The notes under the pieces: model-generated | Told to the model about the DNA's origin: nothing | Seen by the model: only the letters and a program-made list of their open reading frames with translations | Database searches by the model: none | Assembly: GCA_035651715.1 (NCBI GenBank) | Contig: DASRFD010000150.1 | Location: forward strand, 128,860 to 192,859 | DNA: 64,000 bases | Direction of reading: 5' to 3' | From: Nevskia sp. | GTDB taxonomy: Bacteria; Pseudomonadota; Gammaproteobacteria; Nevskiales; Nevskiaceae | Position numbers and translations under genes: made by a program | Shown: positions 28,469 through 37,990 of the stretch, one piece after another | Position numbering within the stretch: position 1 is the stretch's first letter | Layout of the letters: each line of letters begins with the position of its first letter

Positions 28469-30007
28469 TCAAACCAGCCCGAAACTCCGCGGATTCAGGA
28501 TCCCCTGCGGATCGCGCCGCCGCTTCTCGGCCTTGAGCGCGGCCTTGAGCCGCTCCGGCGCGCGCGCCTGGAACTCGGCGGCCCACTTGGGGCCGATGCC
28601 GTGCTCGGCGGAGAAGGTGCCGCCGTAGCGCAGGGTGATGTCGAACACCAGCCGGATCAGCTCGGCCGCGCGGGTCTTCACCGGCTGGGTCTTGCTGCCG
28701 AGCAGGTGCAGGTGGGCGCCGCCGACGCCGGCATGGCCGAAGGCCACGACCTCCACGCCGGGGAATGCAGCGGTGATTTCCTCTTCCAGCGCGGCGAGGT
28801 AGTCGCCGAACACTTTCACCGGCGTGGCCGTGTCGAAGCTCAGGCGCCCGCCGCCGAGCGCGCGCATGCGTGCGTTGCTCGATTCGGTGATGCTGTGGCG
28901 CAGCTTCTTCAGCACCGGCAGCGGCGCGTAGCCGATGCGCTCGGGCGGCCATTCGAGGATGCCGTTGACCAGGTCGTACAGCGCCCCCGCCAGGTCCTCG
29001 TCGGGGTCCTGCGATTTCACCTGCAGCAGCACATAGAACGGCGAGTCGATCCGCTCCGCGCCGGCCTCGCCCTCGAACGGCCAGCGGAACGCGGCGCCCA
29101 GGTGCTCGCGCACCAGCTCCAGCGACTGGCGGCTCATGAACTCGAATTCCTCGATCGCGCCGGGAAAGCTGTCGCGCGCCATCTCGAGCACGCGCATCGC
29201 CTCGGGCATGTCGCGCACCGGCAGCAGCACCGCCTCGCGCTGCGCCGGCAGCGGATAGGTGCGCAGGCGCGCGCGCGTCACCACGCCGAAGATGCCCTGG
29301 CTGCCGACCAGGCCCCAGGCCGGCTGCACGCTGGCCGAATCCACCGCGAGGCGGTCCGGCGCCGGCGCATCCCAGGGCGCGGCCTGGCAGGGCCCGGCTT
29401 CGCTGCCGTCGGCCCAGTAGCCCCAGGCGGCCTCGCACAGGTGCGCGGCGGTGCCGTAGCAGACCGCGTTGGCGCCGGCGGAGGCGTTGGAGACGCAGGC
29501 GCCGACGGTGGCGGCGCTGGTCGAGCCCATCTCCATCGGCCACATCAGGCCGAGCGGGCGCAGCAGTTCGTTGACCGCGTCCACCGCGACCCCGGCCTGC
29601 ACTTCCAGGCGCGCCCCGGCAAGGTCCGGCTGACCCAGGCCGCGCCACCACGCGGCCAGCGCGTCGGCGGCTTCCTCGGTCTTCTGCCCTTCGGCGAAGT
29701 CGAAGCCGCGGCCGTCGGCCAGCGCGAAGCGCAGCGGGCGGTTGAGCTTTTCCAGCGACAGCACCGCCTCGCCCTCCGGGCGCTGCGATTCGACCAGGCC
29801 GGTGCGGCCGGCGCTGAGCACGAGCTTCTGCCCCAGCTGATTGCACAGCCGCAGCAGCTGCTGCAGCTCGGCTTCGCTGGCCGGCAACAGCGCGCAGTCG
29901 GTGTGGCCGGGCTCGCCGCGCTCAGGAATCTCGTAGCGCTGCAAACGGTCGCGGTCGTCGACGAAGCGCGCACCCAGCAGCGCGCGCAGGGGTTCTGCGT
30001 TGTTCAA
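28469..30007 (-). CDS. FAD-linked oxidase (GlcD/D-lactate dehydrogenase-like, FAD_binding_4 + FAD-oxidase_C)
   Basis: Only in-frame start is TTG at 30005-30007, overlapping the upstream gene's TGA (TTGA). C-terminal signature HGIGPKWAAEF...DPQGILNPRS. The 843-aa track ORF is an upstream read-through. Confidence 0.8.
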   Translation of the reverse strand: MNNAEPLRALLGARFVDDRDRLQRYEIPERGEPGHTDCALLPASEAELQQLLRLCNQLGQKLVLSAGRTGLVESQRPEGEAVLSLEKLNRPLRFALADGRGFDFAEGQKTEEAADALAAWWRGLGQPDLAGARLEVQAGVAVDAVNELLRPLGLMWPMEMGSTSAATVGACVSNASAGANAVCYGTAAHLCEAAWGYWADGSEAGPCQAAPWDAPAPDRLAVDSASVQPAWGLVGSQGIFGVVTRARLRTYPLPAQREAVLLPVRDMPEAMRVLEMARDSFPGAIEEFEFMSRQSLELVREHLGAAFRWPFEGEAGAERIDSPFYVLLQVKSQDPDEDLAGALYDLVNGILEWPPERIGYAPLPVLKKLRHSITESSNARMRALGGGRLSFDTATPVKVFGDYLAALEEEITAAFPGVEVVAFGHAGVGGAHLHLLGSKTQPVKTRAAELIRLVFDITLRYGGTFSAEHGIGPKWAAEFQARAPERLKAALKAEKRRRDPQGILNPRSFGLV

Positions 30008-30279
30008 GGCTTGGCGGCCGGAGGGGTATTGCCGGTGACCGCGTGCGCGCGTGCGGCCAGCGGCGGCGGCGTGCCGGGGTTGCGGGCCTTGCGGCACTCG
30101 TGGGCGGCGCGCGCGGTGCCGGCACCGCTGCCCTTGAGCTGGTCCACGCACTTCTGGTCCAGCACCGGGTTGCCCGGCTGGATGTTGATGCTGGGCGGGG
30201 CCACGACCATGCTGCCGGCGAAAACCGGGAAGGCCAGCAGCCCGCCCAGCAGGCAGACGAGGGAGACGGCGCGCTTCAT
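30004..30279 (-). CDS. Small secreted protein (91 aa, signal peptide, 2 Cys), unknown function
   Basis: MKRAVSLVCLLGGLLAFPVFAGS. Stop translationally coupled to the FAD oxidase start. Weak SD GGCGGAAAA. Confidence 0.5.
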   Translation of the reverse strand: MKRAVSLVCLLGGLLAFPVFAGSMVVAPPSINIQPGNPVLDQKCVDQLKGSGAGTARAAHECRKARNPGTPPPLAARAHAVTGNTPPAAKP

Positions 30280-30465
30280 GGCGTGATTTTCCGCCAATCA
30301 GGGTCCGCAGGGAAGCGGGGCATGCAGCGGGCGATCTCCCGCCGATGTCTTTCCCGCCACATCGGGCTGTCCGCCCCGGCACGTGGAACTGCTGCGCCGG
30401 CTGATCGATGCGCGGCGCCGCCTGCTGCTGGTGCGTCTGGATCCGGCTTAGCGGGCGCGGCCGGG

Positions 30466-30939
30466 TTACTTCGAACCCGCGCCCGCCTCGCCCACCTCCA
30501 GCTTGATGAGGGTATTGCCGATGTAGGTCACGCGCACCGGTTGTCCCGGATGCAGCTGCCGGCCGGGGCCGCTCTCGTAGCGGAAACAACGGCTGCCGAC
30601 GCAGAAGCTTTGTCCCGCCGGGCCGTTGTCCGGCAGCGGCTTGAGGTCGGCGACGGTGCCCTCCACCTCGCCGTAGCCGCCCGGCTGGTTTTGCGCCATC
30701 AGCCACAGGTAGTGGTGGTAGATGGCGGAAAAGGCCACGGTGGCCCAGGTGACCGAGACCGCCAGGATCGCCAGCCCCGCCACGGTGTAGAGCCGCGGAT
30801 GGCGGTTCCAGTGCTCCGAGCGGCGCCAGTGATAGGCCGCCAGCAGCGCGCCGAGCAGCACGAACAGGGCGCCGAACGCGGGAAAGCCGGCGCTGCGGTA
30901 GCCGCTGTCCGAAATGTCGAAAGCCGTCACGTAATGCAT
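30466..30939 (-). CDS. Membrane protein (2 TM + beta-rich C-terminal domain; possibly NfeD-like)
   Basis: 157 aa. SD GGGGAAG. Immediately downstream of the flotillin gene in the same orientation. Confidence 0.5.
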   Translation of the reverse strand: MHYVTAFDISDSGYRSAGFPAFGALFVLLGALLAAYHWRRSEHWNRHPRLYTVAGLAILAVSVTWATVAFSAIYHHYLWLMAQNQPGGYGEVEGTVADLKPLPDNGPAGQSFCVGSRCFRYESGPGRQLHPGQPVRVTYIGNTLIKLEVGEAGAGSK

Positions 30940-31024
30940 GCGCTTCCCCAGTCCCGCTCCCGGCGGGCGTGGGCCTCGAGCGGCCCACGCCCTGCTTCAT
31001 ACCAGCCGCTTCACGACAACTAGC

Positions 31025-32977
31025 TTACGAAACCCGGCCCGGCGCCGCCGCCGGCGTGACTTTGCCGCTCAGCACCAGGCCGAGCAGCGCATCGACCGCG
31101 GTGCCGCCGCGCTGGTCCTGCTGGCTGCCGATCACCACCTGCGGCACCAGCGGGTTCTTCGACTCGCGGATGGCCTGCTCCAGGATCTGCGCCAGCTCCT
31201 TTTTCAGCTGGTACTCCGGGCCGCCGAAGGCGTTGACCTGGGCCTTGACCGAGCGGGCCTGGGCCTCGCCCACCGCGGCGATGCGGTCGGCCTCGGCCAC
31301 GCCCTCGACGCGGATGCGCTCGGCGTTGGCGGCGGCGGTGACGCGCACGCCGTCGGCCTCGCGCTGGCGCGCGGCGAGCTGGGCCGAGCCCTTGTTCTCG
31401 GCGATCTTGATCTCCACCGAGGAGCGGGTCAGGTCGGCCTGGGCGGCGGCGATGGCCTCGGCCTGGCGCAGCTCGCGCTCCTTGTCGGCGGCCTTGCGCT
31501 GGTTCTCGTAGGTGACGACCTTCTCCTCCGCCACCTGGCGCACGCGCAGCTGGTCGAGGATGGTGGCGATGTGCTGGTCGCCCTGCGCCGCGCGCGGCGT
31601 GCCGATCATCACCTCCATCAGGTTGAGGCGGTACTTCTTGAAGCGCTCCGCCATCGCCAGCACCGCGCGCGACTGGATTTCGGCGCGCTTGGACACCAGC
31701 TCGATCAGGGTGAAGCTCTGCGCCGTGTCCTTGAAGTAGGCCGAGACCATCGGGTCCAGGGTCTGCTCCACCAGCAGGCGCAGGTCGGCGAACTGCTGCA
31801 CCACCATCGGCGCATCCTCGTAGGCGATGTGCAGCACGATCGACAGCGGCAGCACCGGCTCGAAGGCGTCGCGCGTGATCAGGCGGATCTCGGACAGGTT
31901 CTGGTCGAAGCCGTGAGCCTCGCTGCGGCCCTCGATCCAGCGCAGCACGAAGTTGGTCGTCGGCACCTGGATCACCTTCACGCCGTAGGGGTTCAGCGCG
32001 TACTTGCCCGGCTGCAGCGCGCGGCTCCACACGCCGCGCTTGCCGGATTCCACCAGCTCGCCGTGCTTGTAGTCCTTGCCGGTGAGGTCGCTGCCGCGCT
32101 GGCCGGTGTAGGACACCACCACGCCGACCTTGCCGATCTCCACCACCGTCTTGGGCTGCAGGTCGATCGTCGCGAACAGGCGGTTGATGTAGTAAGTGCC
32201 CTCCACCAGCACCTGCTCCTGGCGGCCGCGGCGGCCGCCGGCGCGCAGGAAGCTCTCGGGGTCCTGGAAGCAGTTGTGGTAGGTCTGCGGATCGCGCGGA
32301 TCGGCGCCGACCGTCGGCGCGATGATCTCCTCGTGGTCGAGCGAAGGGCCGTCGTGCACGGTGGCGACGCCGATCTTGTCCTCCTGGTCGCGGATCACCA
32401 CCGGCTGGAAGCCGTGGCGCTCCTCGATGCGGCCGCGCATCTCGTGCAGCGCCGCCTCGTCGCCGGACAGGCGCACCGCGTGGTTACCCTCGCTGGTCAG
32501 GATCACGAACTGCGCGATGTTGATGGCGTACACGCCCTCGCGCAGGATCTGCCGCTGCGGGCCGCGCTGGCCGCCGCTCATGATGAAGCCGCGCGCGTCC
32601 TCGAACGTGGCGTTCTCCGGCAGCGAGGCCAGGGCCTGGCCCGGGTACAGCGGCTGGCCGCTGCGCGCGAAGACATAGCCGATGGTGCCCTGCGGCACGG
32701 TCGGCAGCGGGTGGATGTGGATGCGGTACTGGAACGGCGGAAAGAAATGAATGCCGCCGCGCAGCACCTCCGGCTGGAAGCCGGCATTGCCCTCCAGCGA
32801 GATGAAGCCCTCGCTGACCGAGCCTTTCAGGCTCCAGATCTTCTCGATGATGCCCATCGAGTCGTTGCCGATGTACACGATCATGCGCGAGACGCGCACC
32901 AGGCCGGCCAACAAGACCAGGACGATGATGGCGCGCAGCCACAGGGGCAGCGCCATGAACAAGTGCCAAAGTTCCAT
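31025..32977 (-). CDS. Flotillin-like SPFH/band-7 family protein (YqiK-type)
   Basis: Internal ATG with strong SD AAAAGGAGAG. N-terminal TM MELWHLFMALPLWLRAIIVLVLLAGL. SPFH domain. Long Ala/Glu-rich coiled-coil flotillin tail. Confidence 0.85.
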   Translation of the reverse strand: MELWHLFMALPLWLRAIIVLVLLAGLVRVSRMIVYIGNDSMGIIEKIWSLKGSVSEGFISLEGNAGFQPEVLRGGIHFFPPFQYRIHIHPLPTVPQGTIGYVFARSGQPLYPGQALASLPENATFEDARGFIMSGGQRGPQRQILREGVYAINIAQFVILTSEGNHAVRLSGDEAALHEMRGRIEERHGFQPVVIRDQEDKIGVATVHDGPSLDHEEIIAPTVGADPRDPQTYHNCFQDPESFLRAGGRRGRQEQVLVEGTYYINRLFATIDLQPKTVVEIGKVGVVVSYTGQRGSDLTGKDYKHGELVESGKRGVWSRALQPGKYALNPYGVKVIQVPTTNFVLRWIEGRSEAHGFDQNLSEIRLITRDAFEPVLPLSIVLHIAYEDAPMVVQQFADLRLLVEQTLDPMVSAYFKDTAQSFTLIELVSKRAEIQSRAVLAMAERFKKYRLNLMEVMIGTPRAAQGDQHIATILDQLRVRQVAEEKVVTYENQRKAADKERELRQAEAIAAAQADLTRSSVEIKIAENKGSAQLAARQREADGVRVTAAANAERIRVEGVAEADRIAAVGEAQARSVKAQVNAFGGPEYQLKKELAQILEQAIRESKNPLVPQVVIGSQQDQRGGTAVDALLGLVLSGKVTPAAAPGRVS

Positions 32978-33251
32978 CTGACTCTCCTTTTGTTGTGCAG
33001 ACAGAGGCTGCCCTTCGGGCAGCAGGCGACGCAGGAATCCGTCAAGCACGCGCCGTTCAGGCGCGCACGCGCGGGATTACGAAAGGGGATGCCGCGGCGC
33101 GGCTAAGGCGGGGTCAGCGCCGGAATGCAGCGGCTGAGATCGCGCAGGTCGATGCAGTTAACGCTGAGCCACGGACCACGGTCTGTGCTTTGCAGACGCA
33201 TGCGAAGCCACCTCTCTGGGGGCTTCCGGACGCCAGGGGCGGCGCCCGTCG

Positions 33252-33339
33252 ATGTCACTATAGTGTGACGCCAGCGATGCTGCGCTGCACAGCCGATATT
33301 GTCAACAATCCGTGACGCATGTCACTATATTTTCACGCC
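33252..33339 (+). promoter_or_regulatory. Two 21-bp operator-like direct repeats (ATGTCACTATAgTgTgACGCC / ATGTCACTATAtTtTcACGCC), each with an internal palindrome
   Basis: Copies at 33252-33272 and 33319-33339 (18/21 identical), 45-110 nt upstream of the 33383 ORF. CACTATAGTG is a perfect palindrome and GTGACgcatGTCAC flanks copy 2. Confidence 0.4.
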
Positions 33340-33382
33340 ATTTTGCGAGCCATCCACAGGCGCTCCCAACAGGATGTGATTC

Positions 33383-33676
33383 ATGGCCAAGCACGACGCG
33401 GCGCGCCGCTTCATCCAGGAACTGATCCGTACCGAAAAAGCGCGGCTGGGACTCACCTTCGAGGACATCTCGGACCGCCTGCGCCGGCACGGCATCCGCC
33501 AGACGCCGACCAACCTGCGCACCAAGCTCGGCCGCGGGGACATGGGGGCGCAGCTGTTCCTCACCTTGGTGAAGGTGCTGGAAGTGGAGGAACTGGCGCT
33601 CGACAAGCTCCGGCTCGCAGTAGTAGCCCGGGAAGCGCGCAGCGCTACCCGGGGCCGTCGCAGGGCGAATAAATGA
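33383..33676 (+). CDS. Small hypothetical protein (97 aa), putative HTH-like DNA-binding protein
   Basis: MAKHDAARRFIQELIRTEKARLGLTFEDISDRLRRHGIRQTPTNLRTKLGRG... SD AGGATG. Preceded by the operator-like repeats. Confidence 0.5.
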   Translation: MAKHDAARRFIQELIRTEKARLGLTFEDISDRLRRHGIRQTPTNLRTKLGRGDMGAQLFLTLVKVLEVEELALDKLRLAVVAREARSATRGRRRANK

Positions 33677-33746
33677 AAGGCTGGCGCGAGCGGAGGGCTC
33701 CTACTTGCTCACGCTCAGCAGCGCCCCATCCGCCGAAGCAGGCAGG

Positions 33747-33838
33747 CCCGTAGGATGCGCTGAGCGCAGCGAAGCGCATCGTTTACCGCGGAACGCTCGC
33801 TCGCCTGATGCGCTTCGCTGCGCTCAGCACATCCTACG
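33747..33838. repeat. 33-bp near-perfect inverted repeat (CCGTAGGATGCGCTGAGCGCAGCGAAGCGCATC / rc, 1 mismatch) with 26-nt loop
   Basis: Arms at 33747-33779 and 33806-33838. Large stable hairpin, REP/MITE-like or a transcription stop for the 33383 gene. Confidence 0.6.
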
Positions 33839-34355
33839 GTTGCGGACGCCGGCTTCCGCCGGCATGACGAGGCGGCCTACGCGCCGGCGGGGCTTGGGGC
33901 CGTAGCCCCCCCGCTGCTACCGCGGCGGATCAAAAACTTCTCCAGCAGCACGGTAGCGCCCTTCCAGCCGCTGGTCATCCCGGTCTGCACCGCACTGGCG
34001 CCATCGAAAGCCGGTCCGGAGCCGCCGCCGATGGCGGTCATGCGGCCGAACCAGCGGGCCGCTGCGGTGCCGTGATCGATCACCGCTTTGTTCCAGTCCT
34101 CCCCGGTACGAAATTCGTCGCGCCGCGGCGTGGGCACGCCGACAGTGACGCGCCGCGGCAGCCGGCAGTGCCGCTTTTTGTCAGCTTTCTCCGCCGTTCG
34201 ATCCCCTTTGCGCTACCGCTGATCTCGTCATCGTGCCACAGCTACCGTCCGTCGGACTTACACCGGAACCACGCGTCATCCCCCCTAGCGTGCCCGGGTA
34301 TGCCCACATCGGCGGGCAACAATCGATCGATCATGCGTTACGGAGGATTTGGGAG

Positions 34356-35537
34356 ATGATGAAGCAAGTGATGTTTTCGGGGGCTCTGGCCGCCTCCATG
34401 TTCCTGGCGGCCTGCGGCGGCGGCTCCAGCGACCCCAGCTCGGACTCGGGCAGCAGTTCCGGCAACACCAGCGTCAGCGGCCCGCTCGACACGGTGCAGA
34501 CCACCCTCACCGGCAGCGTCCTGAGCCCGCTGGAGAGCGCCACCGCCGGCACTCCGCTGCAGGTCGTACTGGTATGTACTGACGCCATCGTCAATCACAA
34601 CACCCTGGACATCCTCGACGCCGTGCTCAACGGCGTGCAGAACCCGGGCACCGCCTCGACCGTGACCCCGGCGCAGGTGCAGGCCCTGGTTGCCGAGCTG
34701 GCCAACAACCTCGGCAGCCTCCTCACCTCGCTCGGCAGCAGCAGCGGCGGCGGTTGCGGCTCGGCCGCCAGCGGCGGCGGCACCGGCAGCGGCATTCCCA
34801 CCACCAACCCGCTCGCCGGCACTCCGCTCGCCCCGCTGGGCGCGGCGCTGCTGCCGATCCTGCAGCAGATCCAGGGCCAGACCGGCTCCGGCTCCAGCGG
34901 CAACGGCCTGGCGCAGCTGGCGACCCTGGTCGACGAGCTGAACGCGGCCCTGCAGACCGGGCTGTCGCAGATTCCGTCCTCGGCCAAGAGCCAGCCGATC
35001 GTCGGCGGCGTGCTGACCACCCTCGGCACCACCGTCGCCAACCTGTCCTCGATGATGGACGCGGTGGGCGCCAACAACAGCGCCAACTTCCAGGCCGCCA
35101 CCCAGACCATGCTGGACAACCTGCTGGTCAACCTGCTGACCCAGGTGGTGCCGACCAGCTTCATCGAGACCCAGGCCGGCAAGCCCGGCACCATCACCGG
35201 TCCGATCCAGCAGGCCGCGGCCACCTTCAGCACCACCGTTGCCGCCGCGCTCGGCCAGGGCGAGGCGCAGCTGATGGCCGCGCTGGGCAGCAGCCAGCTG
35301 GCTCCGGTGCTGAGCCCGGTGCTGAACACCTTGCTGCCGGACATCCTCGGCCCGATCAACCAGGCCCTGGCCGGCGTCGGCAGCGGCTCGTCCTCGGGCG
35401 GCGGCCCCACCGGTACCCCGCTCGACGCCCTGCTGGCGCCGCTGACCAGCGTGCTCGGCTCGATCCTGGGTGGCGGCGCCACGGCCTGCGTGTTCGCCAA
35501 CACTCCGCTGGCGGTGCTTTGCACCATCCTGCCGTAA
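34356..35537 (+). CDS. Lipoprotein, low-complexity Ala/Gly/Leu/Thr/Ser-rich, unknown function
   Basis: SD GGAGGA. MMKQVMFSGALAASMFLAACGG lipobox. 393 aa with no enzymatic motif recognised. Two Cys near the C-terminus. Confidence 0.65.
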   Translation: MMKQVMFSGALAASMFLAACGGGSSDPSSDSGSSSGNTSVSGPLDTVQTTLTGSVLSPLESATAGTPLQVVLVCTDAIVNHNTLDILDAVLNGVQNPGTASTVTPAQVQALVAELANNLGSLLTSLGSSSGGGCGSAASGGGTGSGIPTTNPLAGTPLAPLGAALLPILQQIQGQTGSGSSGNGLAQLATLVDELNAALQTGLSQIPSSAKSQPIVGGVLTTLGTTVANLSSMMDAVGANNSANFQAATQTMLDNLLVNLLTQVVPTSFIETQAGKPGTITGPIQQAAATFSTTVAAALGQGEAQLMAALGSSQLAPVLSPVLNTLLPDILGPINQALAGVGSGSSSGGGPTGTPLDALLAPLTSVLGSILGGGATACVFANTPLAVLCTILP

Positions 35538-35607
35538 TCCGGCGACAGGCACGCCAGCGCCGCGGGATGCCCAGGCATCCCGCGGCGTTTTTATTGGCGC
35601 GGCTTTT

Positions 35608-36243
35608 TCAGTAAGGCAGCAGGCTGTTGCCGTCGACGTGGACCTTGGTGCCGGGCGCCAGGCCCTCGCCATTGGCCACGGTGACCACGCGCTGGCCGCC
35701 GCTGTCCATGTTCACCGTCACCTGGTAGGCGGTATCGGCGGTCACCTGCTTCTCCACCTCGCGGCCGGCGAAGGCGCCGCCGACGACGCCGAGCGCGGTC
35801 ATGGCGATGTTGCCCTTGCCCTTGCCGAACTGGTTGCCGGCCAGGCCGCCGGCGGCGGCGCCGCCCAGCGTGCCCGCCCAGCCGGCCGTGCCCTGCTTGC
35901 GCACCGGCGTGACCGAGGCGACCACGCCGCAGTCCGGGCAGGGCGGGGGCGCCTGCTGACTCTGCGCCGCGGCGGTCTGCCGCGCCCGCGCTTCCTCGTC
36001 CAGCTGCCGCTGGCGGCGCTCCAGCCGGCGCTGCTCCTCCTTCAGCCTGGCGATCTCCTGGTCCTTGCTGGTGGCCTGCGCCGCCTCGGTCTGCGGCGCG
36101 GGGGCCGCGGCCTGCGGAGCCGGCGCGGCGGCGGGCGGCGGCTGTTGCTGGGTGTTCTGGTCCTGCGGCGCGTTCTGCGAGGGGCCGCAGGCGGCCAGGG
36201 TGGCGCTCAGGGCGAGCAGGGTGAGCAGTTGCTTCGCGGGCAT
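35608..36243 (-). CDS. Glycine-zipper (2TM-domain, SlyB/17-kDa-antigen-like) outer-membrane lipoprotein with Pro/Ala/Gln-rich linker
   Basis: SD AAGGAGCGAAG. MPAKQLLTLLALSATLAACG lipobox. Coiled-coil EIARLKEEQRRLERRQRQLDEE. Gly-zipper GTLGGAAAGGLAGNQFGKGKGNIAMTALGVVGGAFAG. Confidence 0.7.
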   Translation of the reverse strand: MPAKQLLTLLALSATLAACGPSQNAPQDQNTQQQPPPAAAPAPQAAAPAPQTEAAQATSKDQEIARLKEEQRRLERRQRQLDEEARARQTAAAQSQQAPPPCPDCGVVASVTPVRKQGTAGWAGTLGGAAAGGLAGNQFGKGKGNIAMTALGVVGGAFAGREVEKQVTADTAYQVTVNMDSGGQRVVTVANGEGLAPGTKVHVDGNSLLPY

Positions 36244-36394
36244 GTCTTCGCTCCTTCGTCTTGCCTTAGAGTTGTGACCAGCCGCGGCGGGCGATGTTCC
36301 GGATTTTCCGGCCGGCGGCGGCCTCGCCCGAACTGGGTAGGCCGCGGTCCGGCACCTGGTGTGAAATAGCCTGGTTATTCCCATACATAAAATC

Positions 36395-37990
36395 ATGAGA
36401 CCGCGCATGGCTCAGGGCGCGTCGGCGATGCACACCGGGGACCAGGCGGCGCGGGCGCGCCAGCTGCGCGACTGGACCGCGTTCCTCGCCATCACCATCG
36501 GCAGCTTCATCGCCATCCTCGACATCCAGATCGTCGCCAGCTCGCTCAACGAGATCCGCGCCGGCCTGTCGGCCAGCGTCGACGAGATCCAGTGGGTGCA
36601 GACCTCGTACCTGATCGCCGAGATCATCGCCATCCCGCTGTCCGGCTACCTGGCGCCGATGCTGTCGACGCGGGTGTTCTACACCATTGCCGCGATCGGC
36701 TTCACCCTGTCCAGCCTGGCCTGCGGCTTCGCCTGGAGCCTGGGCTCGATGGTGGTGTTCCGCGTGCTGCAGGGCTTTCTCGGCGGCGGCCTGATCCCGG
36801 CCTCGTTCGCCACCATGTTCCTGCTGTTCCCCCGGGAGAAGGACCGCGAGCTGCCGCAGCTGCTCGGCGGCATGGCGACGATGCTGGCGCCGGCGATCGG
36901 CCCGACCTTCGGCGGCTGGATCACCGAATCGCTGTCCTGGCGCTGGCTGTTCCTGATCAATTTCGTGCCGGGCCTGGCCTGCGCCTTCATCGTCTGGTCC
37001 ACCCTGGACGTGGACCGGCCGAAGCGGCACCTGCTGAAGAACCTGGACCTGGTCGGGGTGCTGTTCATGGCGCTGTTCCTCGGCGCGCTTGAATACACGC
37101 TGGATGACGGCCCGCGCCACGACTGGTTCGACGACGACGCGGTGGCGGTGTGCGCGGTGCTGGCGGCGATCGGCGGCGGCGTGTTCCTGTGGCGCGGGCT
37201 GCGCTCGGAGCATCCGATCGTCGACCTGCGCGCCTTCCGCAACCGCAATTTCGCCGTGACCTGCCTGGTCTCGGCGGTGCTGGGCATGAGCATCTTCACC
37301 CTGATCTACCTGACGCCGTTGTTCCTCGGCCAGGTCAGCGGCTACAACCCGCAGCAGATCGGCGCGGTGATGATGGTGCAGGGCCTGGCGATGATCGTCG
37401 CCGCGCCGTTCGTGATGCGCGTGGCCAACGCGCTGGACCCGCGCGTTACCATCGCCATCGGCCTGGTGCTGGTGGCGGCCGGCTCCTGGGCCAACGCGCA
37501 GATGACCGCGGACTGGGGCTATGCCCAGTTCGTGCTGCCGCAGGCGCTGCGCGGCGCCGGCCTGATCTTCTCGTTCGTGCCGATGACCAACCTCGCGCTC
37601 GGCACCATGGAGCGGCACGAGCTGAACAACGCCAGCGCGCTGTACACGGTGACGCGCAACCTCGGCGGCGCCTTCGGCCTGGCGGTGGTGGCGACCCTGA
37701 TCAACCGGCGCACCTGGACCCACTGGCAGGCGCTGGCGGAGAGCACGCGGCTGTCGCGCCCGGCGGTGCGCGAAGCCCTCGACGGCATGAGCGCCGCGCT
37801 GCGCCCGGCGCTGGGCGGCGACAGCGCCGCGGGCGCGGTCGGCATGCTGGCGCAGCAGGCGGCGCGGCAGGCGGCCACCATGACCTACAGCGACATGTAC
37901 CTGCTGCTGTCGATCTCGACCCTGCTGTCGGTGTGCCTGGTGCCGCTGATCCGCAAGCCGGCGCAGCAGGTGGGCGGGATCGGGCACTAG
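36395..37990 (+). CDS. MFS transporter, DHA2/EmrB-like
   Basis: 531 aa, 14 predicted TMs, MFS signatures. Start ambiguous among ATGs at 36395, 36407 and 36428. Confidence 0.8.
   Translation: MRPRMAQGASAMHTGDQAARARQLRDWTAFLAITIGSFIAILDIQIVASSLNEIRAGLSASVDEIQWVQTSYLIAEIIAIPLSGYLAPMLSTRVFYTIAAIGFTLSSLACGFAWSLGSMVVFRVLQGFLGGGLIPASFATMFLLFPREKDRELPQLLGGMATMLAPAIGPTFGGWITESLSWRWLFLINFVPGLACAFIVWSTLDVDRPKRHLLKNLDLVGVLFMALFLGALEYTLDDGPRHDWFDDDAVAVCAVLAAIGGGVFLWRGLRSEHPIVDLRAFRNRNFAVTCLVSAVLGMSIFTLIYLTPLFLGQVSGYNPQQIGAVMMVQGLAMIVAAPFVMRVANALDPRVTIAIGLVLVAAGSWANAQMTADWGYAQFVLPQALRGAGLIFSFVPMTNLALGTMERHELNNASALYTVTRNLGGAFGLAVVATLINRRTWTHWQALAESTRLSRPAVREALDGMSAALRPALGGDSAAGAVGMLAQQAARQAATMTYSDMYLLLSISTLLSVCLVPLIRKPAQQVGGIGH

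Noticed and set aside
33877-34137. 86-aa minus-strand ORF (MPTPRRDEFRTGEDWNKAVIDHGTAAARWFGRMTAIGGGSGPAFDGASAVQTGMTSGWKGATVLLEKF...).
   Set aside because: Protein-like but unrecognisable, with no SD. Possibly a fragment of a disrupted gene beside the large inverted repeat. Too weak to call as a feature.
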